DNA of 64,000 bases from Patellaria atrata CBS 101060 (Eukaryota), in the NCBI GenBank assembly GCA_010093705.1, contig MU006113.1, positions 119,165 through 183,164 of the forward strand, written 5' to 3'. The position numbers and the translations under genes are program-made. The notes under the pieces were generated by a model, which saw nothing but the letters and a program-made list of their open reading frames with translations, had not been told where the DNA came from and did no database searches. This document shows, in pieces, positions 29,601 to 41,100 of this stretch (position 1 is the stretch's first letter; every line of letters starts with the position of its first letter).

Positions 29601-30303
29601 CGGCGACGGTGGCGTACGCAGTCATTGCTGAGATCCTCGTAAATACTGTCGACTCGGTGCTAGATCACGTCGATATCGACGAGAAGTTCTTGGGTATCAC
29701 ACTCTTTGCACTGGTTCCGAATACTACCGAATTCTTGGTATGTGCTTTCCTTAGTTGATATCGCGGGATTGAACTAATTCTGGTTATAGAACGCCATCTC
29801 CTTCGCCATGAACGGCAACATTGCCCTCTCCATGGAAATCGGCTCCGCATATGCCCTCCAAGTCTGCCTCCTCCAGATCCCGGCCCTCGTCTTCTTCTCC
29901 GCGATCTACGGCCGCAAGATCGACCCAAGTGATATCATCGATCATACTTTTAGTAGGCCCCTCCTCCCCAAAAAAAATTCCCTTAATTACATATCTACAA
30001 GCACACAGATACTAATTCAAATCCCGTGTCATAGCTCTCATCTTTCCCCAATGGGACATGGTCACCGTGATCCTCTGCGTCTTCCTCCTCAGTTACATGT
30101 ACGGCGAAGGCAAGAGCAATTACTTCAAGGGCTCCATCCTCATCCTCTCGTACCTCGTCGTCGTCGTCGGGTTCTACTACTCGGGATTCACTAGCATCGA
30201 CTTGTACGGTGTCGATCCCACCGACACCCTTGCCATAAGGGGTCAGGTGGAGCAAGTCATGATGGTTAGAGTGGCAGGTGGGAAGGCGATTATCGAAGGT
30301 TGA
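26671..30303 (+). CDS. VNX1: Vacuolar cation/H+ exchanger of the Vnx1 (type II CAX) class
   Basis: QEAINDTHPFGIRIWKPALYKK, a YccF-like segment (NIMWTLLFGWW), and CAX repeats GATVNAFFSTVVE / GSIIGSIF and FALVPNTTEFLNAISFAMNGNIALSMEIGSAYALQVCLLQIP, ending with EGKSNYFKG. Four introns. Confidence 0.92.
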
Positions 30304-30934
30304 GCGCGTGGTGGGGGGTTCCGTAGATGTGGTGCTGAGCCAAGCATAACGATCTCTTTCCTTTGTTCTGTTGTCGAATTTCTGTCATTTCGGCATCTCT
30401 TCTTTCTGTTTTTGCTTTTTTGGGGATAACTTGCATATCAAGCATAGCGTACACGGCGTCGTTTTATTTCTTTCAGGGAACGCAGTAATAGCACTACTTT
30501 ACATCTTCATGTTTGGATCGACGGCTGCTGGAGCGTTGGCTTTGAGAGCGAGATACCAACGTCAGTTTGATCATTTCAGTTTCAAAGGGGGTTTGGTAAT
30601 GGGGTATCTAGATGTCGATGGGGAACTTTCGTTTGGTGGGGTCAGCAATTCTTTTTCTTTTCTATATAGTGGCATAGCGTTGAGGTTAGAAATACAGCTT
30701 TCGCTTGGTAGAATCAACTGAATATTCAATTTCTCGAGCATCGGTTTGTGATCTGCAAGAAGTCCATAATATCGGATGATACGAAACGGTTGAACCGTGG
30801 GTACGAATTGTCAAGGAGAGTACTGTACAAGCAATGCAGACGGTATAAATTGACAATGATATACGGAGTATCTAGAGAGTGCGATATTGACTAGAGTGTC
30901 CGAATTCACTATGCTGTATAAAATAACAAGAGAT

Positions 30935-31290
30935 GACTGTACCGAATGACTCGACCGTACAAAATGACCGGACTGTAGTATTGTACCGTATAAACTGACC
31001 CGACTGTGCAAACCGAACCCGGCATAACATAACCGTACAGAACGACACAGCCGTGCAAATGATTCTAATATACAAACGAGAGCGCAGGCTAAGGATATAA
31101 GACTGTACTAAATAGCCATACACATGAGTGGAATTTACAGGCCGACCGTACTATACACAATAGCTTACATATCCACTATAATCGGGAAGTAGAAGAGAAT
31201 TGTTCCACTGTATAGAATGACCAGGCCGTACAAAATGACAAGACTGTGACGCATGAATATACCCTGAGAAATGAGCACGCAGTACAGCAG
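30935..31290. repeat. Degenerate 18-bp (two 9-bp halves) minisatellite-like array
   Basis: Units GACTGTACCGAATGACTC / GACCGTACAAAATGACCG / GACTGT at 30935-30976, and CACTGTATAGAATGACCA / GGCCGTACAAAATGACAA / GACTGTGACGCATGAATA from 31206. CCGTACAAAATGAC occurs twice exactly. Confidence 0.55.
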
Positions 31291-34225
31291 AGTACAAATG
31301 GCGAGATTGCATATACAAACTACTGAGCTGCTAGTGTGTACGAAATGGCTGTATTGGAGTACACCACCATGCTGTTGTGTAGTAACGCATCATTATATAC
31401 GAGAAGAATGCCTACGATGTCGATAAACCCCCGAGGAGATGATCGGACGTATAGTAGGGTACAGTAGCAAGAAAGTGTCTTTACAGATGAGGGGACGTAG
31501 ACGCAAGACGTACGGCTACGGGACTGTGTACTTGAGCGAGGAGGGACTTCTACTCCTAATCGATATCTGACTACATTTATCACTCGGAGCATAGTGACTT
31601 GCAATCCTAGCTATAGTCAGGTCATTAGGGTGGATATAGACTCTTCAACGATAGGTTGACGAAAGGAAAGTTCCTAGGGGAAGAAAGAGACGATGTCATC
31701 GAGACCACCTACCGTCGATCATCTGGAGAAACCTCTAGTCGTATTGCTCAGCGGTAGACCAAGGATGATCCTCACAATACAGAAGCAACGTTGCTTAGAG
31801 ACTAGATCAGGAATTGGGGAAAATACGACGTCGTAACGACCACAACCGTTTATGAGAGATCGTCCCACGTGGTATAACAGGCTATCAACGCTTTGGCAGA
31901 CTTTCGATGTTCTTAGCCTCCCGGTGTTTTGCACTTGGACAAGATGATCCAAGTTAGATTCGCCTTGGGATCTCTATCACCCCGCGATGAAGGCGGTTCT
32001 GCGCGTCACCAATAATGCCAGTACAAAGCCAGCCCAGCTCGACTAGATGAGTCCTAGATCTAGGTGTATCGACTGATCTACGGACACAACGGTTTCGAAT
32101 AACTAACCTATCTTCCGGCTCAAGGAAAGGTCACCGTTTCGGATCTCGGCGAACATATCATACGCCGTTAAGTTTGACCTTCGACTAAGTACTCACCCAA
32201 GCAACCGGTCTGAATCGGGGAACGGGAAGGCCTCCGATGGCTTTTGATGGCTCATAGCTTTACACTTAGCCCTCGGTTCGATGTATCTCTTTTCAAATCT
32301 TCAGGCTCGGTGCTAGTTTTTCAGCTGGGCAACAAGTTTATGCGCGGACGTTTTTGTCATCGCTCTCTCGCACAGTCGCACACGTGCTGGACCCGGTAGT
32401 TCTTTCACGAAAGCCGGATGTGCGTTCGGAGGGATCTAGACGTCGATCTTGCAAGGAGAATTATTGATTCAAGACATGTAAAGTCTCGATTTAGGGTTCT
32501 GACTGCAGGAAAAGTGTCAAGAGACCTCGATCCTCCTCGTGCGACGTGATAGCTTTTAGCGAAGTAGTAACGGCACCGCACGACCTACGGGATAGGGATA
32601 GGATGAGGTGGAGGAGTTAAGGATTGCAGACGAGAAATCGATAACTGTAGGCTAGCAATCAACTGTCAACTGTGGGGTTAAAAACGATAGCTATCCCTGA
32701 ACTGTTACTGTAATGTGGACCTACAAGTATACGCGAACGATATCCTTGGCCTATAGGTGAAACTGTTATAAGACTCGAATGGGACGCCTGTTCTGAAACG
32801 GATCGTGAACCATGACGCGGATGTGCAAAACCGAGAAGGAGAGACATTATTGAACACGTAGGCGACCACCACGTCAAGGTAGGCTTCTCCTTCGGCTTTC
32901 AACCATTTCTATACTCGGTTTAAGATGCACTTCCCTGTCTTTGGAGTTACCTTACCGGTAGGAGTAGTAGAACCGACGGGAGTACTGTACCTAGGAATAA
33001 TAAAATGTTATGGTACTTTTGTAGCTTTAATAAGCTCAAACCAAACGGATGCGGGACTTCATATGTGGAGCTTGAGTTCAATAGCGCGACATCATTGCCA
33101 ACGTCTACAGCGCCATCCCAAGACCTCAACGAAACGCTTCTACAGGATAGCAGAAAAGCTCTCACCTCCCGTTTAAGTTTTGCCTGAATGTTTCAATCCC
33201 AGCGCGACTCGTGGTCGAGGTAGGACAAGCACATGGCTGAACAGACTGGTGATCAGTCGGTAGAATCGGCTGGTTTTGGAATGCAACGTCCAAGGGGTTC
33301 TCTTGACAACAGTATTGACAAACATCTCCGCACGATTATTGAGGGGAAAAAGCTAGAGAAACAGAGTGGGTGTGACGGTGTCAGAGGTTTAAGGAGACTA
33401 GGTTCATAAGGGTCGTTACCCGTTACAAGAGAAAGGGTTTCTTGCCAGAGAAGGCTTGAGTGTTGCTTGTCCTAGGCACGGAGACTGGCAGTCCGGCACA
33501 TTGGTCGAACAACGTTAACGCAGATTTCCAAGTACGGATAACTGGATTGGTGGGATGGGAGCCAAGGGATGTTATTGTCACTCTAGTGAGCCGTAATTAT
33601 TATTTGGAGAAACAGTAAAACTGATTTTGGTGATGTAGCATAAAACTTCAAGCTTGACCTGTCCCCGGTCTTCAGCAAACATCGTCACTAGACGACACCT
33701 GGAGTTAGTGGACCTGGTTCTGATCAAAAGCCGTTGGCCGTCGGTCAAAGACGGTCAAGCTGGCAAAAAGACAAGTAAGATTAAGTTACAGTATTTCCCT
33801 TATGTTATTCGATCCCCAAGCAATAATATATCACCGTCTGCTATAGGGCTTGGGTGCAATCTCGTGAGGAATGAGCTTCCCGAGAAATCGAGAGCCATCG
33901 TGCAGTGCGGAGTGCATAGCGGAAACAGGGCATATGCTAGGGTCGATCAAAGATGCTATAACCCTTTGAAGAATCCGACCAGAGACTGGTACTCTGGCGC
34001 TGACCGTGCACAACTCGTCAACTGAACCCCCCCCTAGTCCTACCTCTCTGGCCTGTGGGTTAAAAAATATCAATCCCTCTTTTTGCTGGGGGGGAATTTT
34101 CCGTCTGGGAAAATCTCTCGACCACTGTACTATATCTTTTTCCCCATTTCTTGCATTATCACGCCAAGCCCCTTTTTTTTTTGTTTTCCCTCCTTTTGTC
34201 TTTCTATCTTCTCTTCGAATCTGCG

Positions 34226-35290
34226 ATGAATAGGAACGTCTCATACCAGTCCGTATTCTTCATCATTTCAACTTACATTTCAGCATGTCTCGCCGCCGCT
34301 GACACATCTGGTCATGCTGGCGAGGCTGGTAAGTTATACCAACATCACAACCCTCAAGAACACCCAGAAACTCATCTTTTTAAAACAGTGACGTCACGCT
34401 ATTGGGATTGTTGTAAACCGAGCTGCGGTTGGAACGAGAAAGCACATTTCACCAGTCCGATTCCGAGTTGCAATGCGAGAGACAACATACTCACGGATTT
34501 TTATGCGGGAACGGCTTGTAACGGCGGCAGCGCGTACGCATGCACGAATCAGTCACCTTGGTCGGTGAACGAGACGTTTTCGTACGGCTTCGCTGGAGCA
34601 TACATTCAGAAACATGTGGAGGACTACTGGTGTTGCGCATGCTATCATCTGAAGTTCAAAAACGGCCCCGCCGAAGGCAAGGAAATGATAGTACAGGCCC
34701 ACAATACTGCATACGACGTGACTACGTCAAACAGATTTATTCTCGCCGTAAGTTCCCAACCCATCATAATCTGTCAACTTTTTTTAATTTTTACCGTACG
34801 ACGATGAGAATAAACGGAAAAAAAAGCAGCTGACCCATTGAACAGGTACCCGGTGGCAATACGAGCTATGCAGGCGCATGTGCAAAGCAGTTTGACGTGC
34901 CAGAGACGGTGTTTGGGCAGCCATGGGAGGGTGTGTCCGATTTGGAGGACTGCGACAACCTACCAAAACCTCTGAGGGATGGCTGCAGGTGGCGATTTGA
35001 CTGGTTCCAGAACGCAGACTATCTGGAGTGAGTGGGGCTCAGAGTGATCCGCGCCGGCGCGTGTTCACGGATTGACAATGAATCGAATATAAAGCAATAC
35101 TGACCGCAGACGATATAGTGTCGATTACAAGCGCGTTACTTGTCCCACCGAGCTGACCAACATCACCCAATGCATTCGGGACGACGATCAGACTTTTACC
35201 TCCGCGGCATTTTCACTACGAGATTATTCCCCCTTTCAGCGTTGCATGTTTGGCGTTATTGTTGCAAGCTTGGTTATGTTCCTTTCTTGA
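34226..35290 (+). CDS. Glycoside hydrolase family 45 (endoglucanase V)-like secreted protein with atypical active site and GPI-like C-terminus
   Basis: Signal peptide, then TSRYWDCCKPSCGW, NQSPWSVN...SYGFA, WCCACYHLKF, GKEMIVQ, VPGG, GCRWRFDWF and RVTCPTEL. Introns at 34329-34388, 34748-34845 and 35028-35118. Confidence 0.9.
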
Positions 35291-36656
35291 AGGAGGGGGG
35301 TCGCTTGTTCGGGCATTGGAAATGGGAAATTGACACGGCCGGGTAGGCGCGTGGATGCACAAGCACGGCTGGCTTGGAAAAACCCAGTTTTTGGTACAGT
35401 ACGGATTCTCAGGCGTTCTTGGGCCATCAGTAGTAATTTTTGTCATGAAGGGGGGGTTATACTGTATGGAGGCGCTGGGAACTGGGAGACATTGGATACG
35501 GTTGAACGGCCTCTGGAAGCAAGCATGGAGATCAATAATCAGATCATTCATCTATAAAATCCTGAGTTTTATGGGAGGAATGGGGATAGCATTAGGAATG
35601 AGAGATTGAGAGTGGATGAGTGGATGCTAAGTTACTTGATGCTGGTATAGCCCTGAAGTGCCCTGTCACATGTAGTTATCGTTCGAATTAGCCTATCCGG
35701 TGGGCCGAATTTATCCGTAACTTTATCCCAGCCACACAGCAAGCTTGATATTCATTGCTTGCAGAATCGAGCACGGCCAAACCTACCATTTCGGTCTGCC
35801 AACCGACGACGCCATTGAAAATCTGGCCCTTTCCCAGCCCTTTGCAGCTTGAACGCTTCCAAACATACATCGCCTGACCTTGCACCAGAGATCAGAGCAA
35901 GTTTTGCGGCAGGTTTTGCACCAAGAATCGTTTTGCCTTTTGAGACATTCGTAACCCGTCTTTGGTACAGTGCGGTACTCATGAAATACGGTAACAGTAA
36001 GGTAGTATATACAGTCGGTAGTACATACAAAGAAGAATAGAACTAAGGTCATCAAAATGCTAAGCTCACGTCGTAAGACATTAGTGTGACCCCAGATGTT
36101 GACTCAACCTTCAACTCCCTTTTCGACCACACACACAAAACGCTCGTGCAGTAGTTGTCTTGTACTTGCGTCTATAGTGCCAGTTCTAAACGTCTGGGGG
36201 TCGGTCCGCTGCCATTCGGCTAGGTAGAATCCTGCCGTCCTCCTCCTTTTACATACTGTCTCGTAGCATCTTCTACGAGTCATTCTCCCTTTGCAAAGGT
36301 AGTCCATAAGGACCGTAAGATATTCTGCGGATGTCACGCCTTTCCAGGCTTAGAGACTACAAAAAAATTTCTCTTGACATTTCGCCGTCTTCTGGTAGCG
36401 GGGTCCGAAACAATAAAGTTTGGTAAAACTCTCCTGCATGTGGCGTACCTTTGCCAGCGGATGCGCTAAGCGAGGTACAGACCACGGCTGATGGTATCAG
36501 TGGTTTGTCCATGGCAAGGGTCCTACTCCGGCAGCCGCTGCGAATCAAAGATCGACAGAGATACATCGGCGAAAGCCATATCCAAGCTTGTTTTCAGTCG
36601 CATATGCGGTAATAGGATATGTGGTAATGAGACAGTTCTCTCTAGCTGCATGGCCG

Positions 36657-38104
36657 TCATCGGAGTTGACATTTTGGCAAGGAAGTAATTGAAATCGTTT
36701 CCTCGATCAGCTTTGCCGTACTGTCATGTTTGGCAAGTATTGTTCCATCGTTCGAGGATAGGTCGTCATAGCTGCTCACACTGCATGTCCGTTCTGGGAA
36801 TCTTGTGACTGTGACTTCGGTCGTTACACGTACGACGCCAAAATCCTCACTCTTGACTCCCACGACTCTAGGACTGGTTGGTGGTGAAAGGGGCCCTCTT
36901 GGTGGTCCAGCAGATCCTGAACTTGAACGCCTGGTGATGGTGAAACCTCGTATCTCTAGATCCACTGTTGCTTCACGAACATTGGAAGCCCAACGTGCAA
37001 CTAGACCTCGTAACGTAGGGACACAGGCAACCATGATTGCGACATTGTTTTCGATGTGACTGATACAATAGTCGATGGAATAAGTCCAATCTGCCTTGTA
37101 TTGTCGAAAAAGTCGGTCCCGATATTGAAGATAAATCTTAGCAGCTCCAATAGCAGTAACTCTGCGAATGTATTAGACATCTACCATAGACAAAGATGAA
37201 TCTCTGAAAACTTACGCTAAAGATGATGCAAAAAGCAGTGTTACAACCAGACGAGCACGGAAGCTTGCACTCATCACTCGTCTCATGATTAGAAACGGAA
37301 TCGGAAAGATGAGACAATCGGTGAGCAAATTTGCACACGTCACAAAAATCAAGAGCTCTCCCTGGGTCGGTCTATCAATGCATTTTAGACCACCGAATGT
37401 CCTGGGAGCCCAGTTGTTTCCTGTTCGAGGTGGACACATAAAAACGAACATTCCCCAGGGAATAATGCATGCTCCCAATGTGAACGTGAGGACACCGTAC
37501 AAAGCGAGCCGGATCCTAGGAATAATAGTACTGACTCTCAAGAGGAGCATGATGATGGATGCCTTGACAATAGGGAGAATCAGGATATTTAGGAGGTTGA
37601 AACTCAGAATTACCTAAAACCGTCAATATATATATTTTTTTTTTCGTTCGGAACATCATGATCTTACGGGAAAATAGTCGTCATAGTTCGGTTCGAGTCT
37701 ATATTGGTCCACATCGTAGATATGGATTCCGACATGCCACATAATGACATCTTTGAAATGTTAGACCCAAGCTCTGCCCTGAAATTGTTTTTTTCAACTT
37801 ACGTTTGTAAGATGGGCCGACAATAGCAAGTGAAAGTATCTGATGAGGAGTCAGAAAGTAAATCCATGAGCGTAGCTAATCGTTTCAAGCTTACCGACGC
37901 AAATGCGACCAGATAGTCATCTGAAAATTCAATTAGCAAATGTTGCCTATGAACGCGAGGTGAAAATCCTGAGCACGTACCCCACGAAATGCGTGTCCTC
38001 ATCTTGTAGCGCGCGTAGAAGCGCAGACACACAAAGGCCGCAGCCATCACCGGTGTAGCACATATCACCGCAAGGCAAGTGTCTTGCAATGGATATCGAG
38101 CCAT
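36657..38104 (-). CDS. PTH11-like (fungal rhodopsin-like) integral membrane protein, no CFEM domain seen
   Basis: FVCLRFYAR...WDDY, IVKASIIMLLLRV, FMCPP, NLLTDCLIFPIP and IENNVAIMVACVPTL are characteristic PTH11-family segments. Multi-exon, with a Ser-rich cytoplasmic tail. Confidence 0.85.
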
Positions 38105-41100
38105 GTTGACGTCTGCTGTAGCTGTAGCAGCATCTGGTGGTTAGAGAGGTGAGTGTAGGGAGAGGGTGCAAAATGAGAGAATATGAGGCTGACCCCGGTC
38201 ATATCAGGAACGGGCAACCAGGAGCCGAGAAAAACAGGCTTCCCCGCAATAATATAGGATTATAGGACGATGTCGCTCTTGTCATGTAAAGGGAGGCAAA
38301 AGGTGGAGCGGATCTTCCCTGGAGGGTTAGGTGCAATAGCGGTGTATAACACCCAAAACCCTGAAAGTGATCTTCGCGGATTACGGACCGTGCAGACGAA
38401 CATCGCTGTCGACCATCGCTTTTCAGAATGCCAGCGGGTTGCGCAACTCGATTTCTTTTATTATACCGTGTTGATCGCCTATAAATGCCCCGTCCCTACA
38501 GGGTGAAGTGTTGAAGCAGGTACGCAATACAGTAACCAAGTGTCTCTCTTCCTCGTGAAGCCAGCTCATGTCTGTATGCTCCCAGAATAACTGGAATACA
38601 TCATGCCTGCTCCACCCACCTACAGAAATGTCAAGTCACGAGAAGAACATATAATGAGAAACGGGACAGTACATTACCAGCTGATCATGCAAGCAAATTT
38701 ATTTTCCTATGTTTTCCAGGCCTTTACCAAGCCATTTGGGCTTTCCGGCAACTAACCAGTCCTTAATTTCCTGGCTGGAACAGTCTGGGAAAGTTTGCAA
38801 ATATTATGCATATAACTGGTGAGCTCTTCCATTTCTACCTCCGTTTCAAGCCGCCCAGATCCACGAATTGCGTAAGTGCGCTAAGCAATATGAAAGCATC
38901 AGCGTATCAGCACTCCGCGGCCATCTGCACATCATTTTGCTTGATACTTGAGGCGTTGTCCTCGACCTATGATAGATCGGATTCTCTATAGGGAATAAAA
39001 TGGAGTTGCTGTCATAAATAAAAGAGTGTCTCGCGATCGCGAACTGCGCCTCTGCTCATCGTGAAGCCGTCAGCGGGCATGTCGCCGAGACCATTTTTAC
39101 GATGTATAGAGTGGTATTAATATTATCGCTCACTCGCTTGCGCCCAAAGAGATTATGGCTATATCAGGTGAACTAAGTCCAAATGCGTATACTTACATGT
39201 ATAGCGTAATGTCTTGCATTGAATAGTTGATTGTAGAGTTAAACAGAATCGACCTTCTCTAGTATGAGGGACTTCAATGCTCCTATTCGCTGTTGTATTG
39301 CAAGGTAATTCAAGGGAACGATTGACTAGTCTGCTTGACAAAGCACTTTATTACTGAGATGGATTGGTTCACTTGGTTGTGAAATAGTATGCTCAGTCGG
39401 TTCGAATTGAATATCAAGTGACAGGAATCATTCCTGATGTGAGCTGGAAGACCATTCCTTCCGACCTTTGAAGTAGAAAATATGCTCGTGACTGGCTCTT
39501 CAGTATCCCGGGGAAGTGTACTACAACGGTAAAATCCGTACTTGTACTGAATTTGATAGTGCAAGGGTCAGAGAACTGTGGTGAGGTCTTGCAAACCAGG
39601 AGCCTAAGAATACGTCAGGAATAAGAATAACCTTAACGACGGTGAGTGAGTACTCACTCTTTGTATATTTTAGTAACAACATATTGCATTGTTATTGCAT
39701 AGATCTGTATCACTTTCTGGTCTCCTGGATCTACAATCACAGGTGGTTTTATATGCTTGTAGCATTTCTTGCTCTCTTCTCTGTATCGCCCTGGGCAATG
39801 AGAGAGGTTTTGAAGGACTATGGGAAGCTTGAATATTTGCGAAAGTAAGTGATAGAAACCTGCGCGTCGTGTACGACGGACAACCGATGAGGAGGATGCT
39901 TTGTGAAGGGAGAAGTAGTTCCGTAACCTTGAGGGATTGAAGAGAGGTCGTCTTGCGTGCCAGTGGTTTCTAGCTGATTCAGTAAATTATTGGACTTCAT
40001 GTAGGCTATGTCACACGTAAATTTCCTCAAGGAGCCATGTTGCCGCCAAGCTTTCTGTATGGCCTCAATATCCTGTCCGTAGGTAGGACAACTGCGTACA
40101 CATAACACCTACCTTCATACAAAAATCCTTGAAAAGCCTCAATCAAAGATACGAATTCCACAACCAACGATACCGATATCGAAAGGATGTACGCCTCAGT
40201 TCATGAAGACCCCAATTACGGTGGAGAGGAGGGATTCGAGTACCTCGACCGGCGGTGGTGGATGCGGCTCTACCTTGTGCTAGTAAGTATTACCTCTCTA
40301 CAGAATATGGAGTGGTACTGACCTAAGTAGCGCGATGTTACGGGAGCTGTGTTCGGCCTTTAATAGGCCAGGACACGAGATTGTGTTGCCGGGAGACGGC
40401 CCCTGGAGCGTCTATGGCACAACACTGCTGGTCCCTAGAAGTTGAGGTATGTACGTTCTCGCTGTGTGCTCCGTGGAGCTGATTAAATACTCATTACTGA
40501 TTTAGTTTGATCATTGCCGCTCTGTCTTTGTTGCTGGGGTAACCGAGAGAATTGGGGAGCTGAGAAGTTGATGTACGATATGGTTAATTCCAAAGCGGAG
40601 AATAGGGTGGAATAAATGGAATGGGAGAATACTACTATATATTAATGTACTCTTGGAAATTATCTCTTTCGTAAATGTGCCATAGGCTTGCTTTGCCAAA
40701 CTATGATGAATTGTCTTGCCTGTAGAGCTATAATTAGGATCTTAGGGAGGAACTTAGCGCAACGACCAATGGTGGAAATATGGACTTAATATGATAGTGT
40801 AAGCATCCAAGACTAAAGTGTGCTTAGAACCAGTTTTGCTCAGAGCAAGTTTGCGTGGAGTTTGGCTCCTTCCCATCATGGGTATGTTACCTTGATCATA
40901 TTCATCGGTGCGAACCTCAAACCGACCGACACTTCTATCAGACACTTGCCATTTGGCGGTCGACCGGACGATGGTCCAGGGCCTTTTATTTTCAATTTCG
41001 ACCATCAAATGCTTTCTCAGTGTACTTGTTTAGTTTTATTTAAGGTAATCTGCTCGTCGTTGGAGTAAGGTTGCCCCGTATGGGCAGTTCGAAGCTTAAA

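Noticed and set aside
30935..31290. CRISPR-like array
   Set aside because: The context is eukaryotic, the units are short and degenerate with no repeat-spacer structure, and no cas genes are present.
31600..33600. Transposon remnant between VNX1 and the GH45-like gene
   Set aside because: I found no terminal repeats, target-site duplication or transposase/RT motif, only short ORFs.
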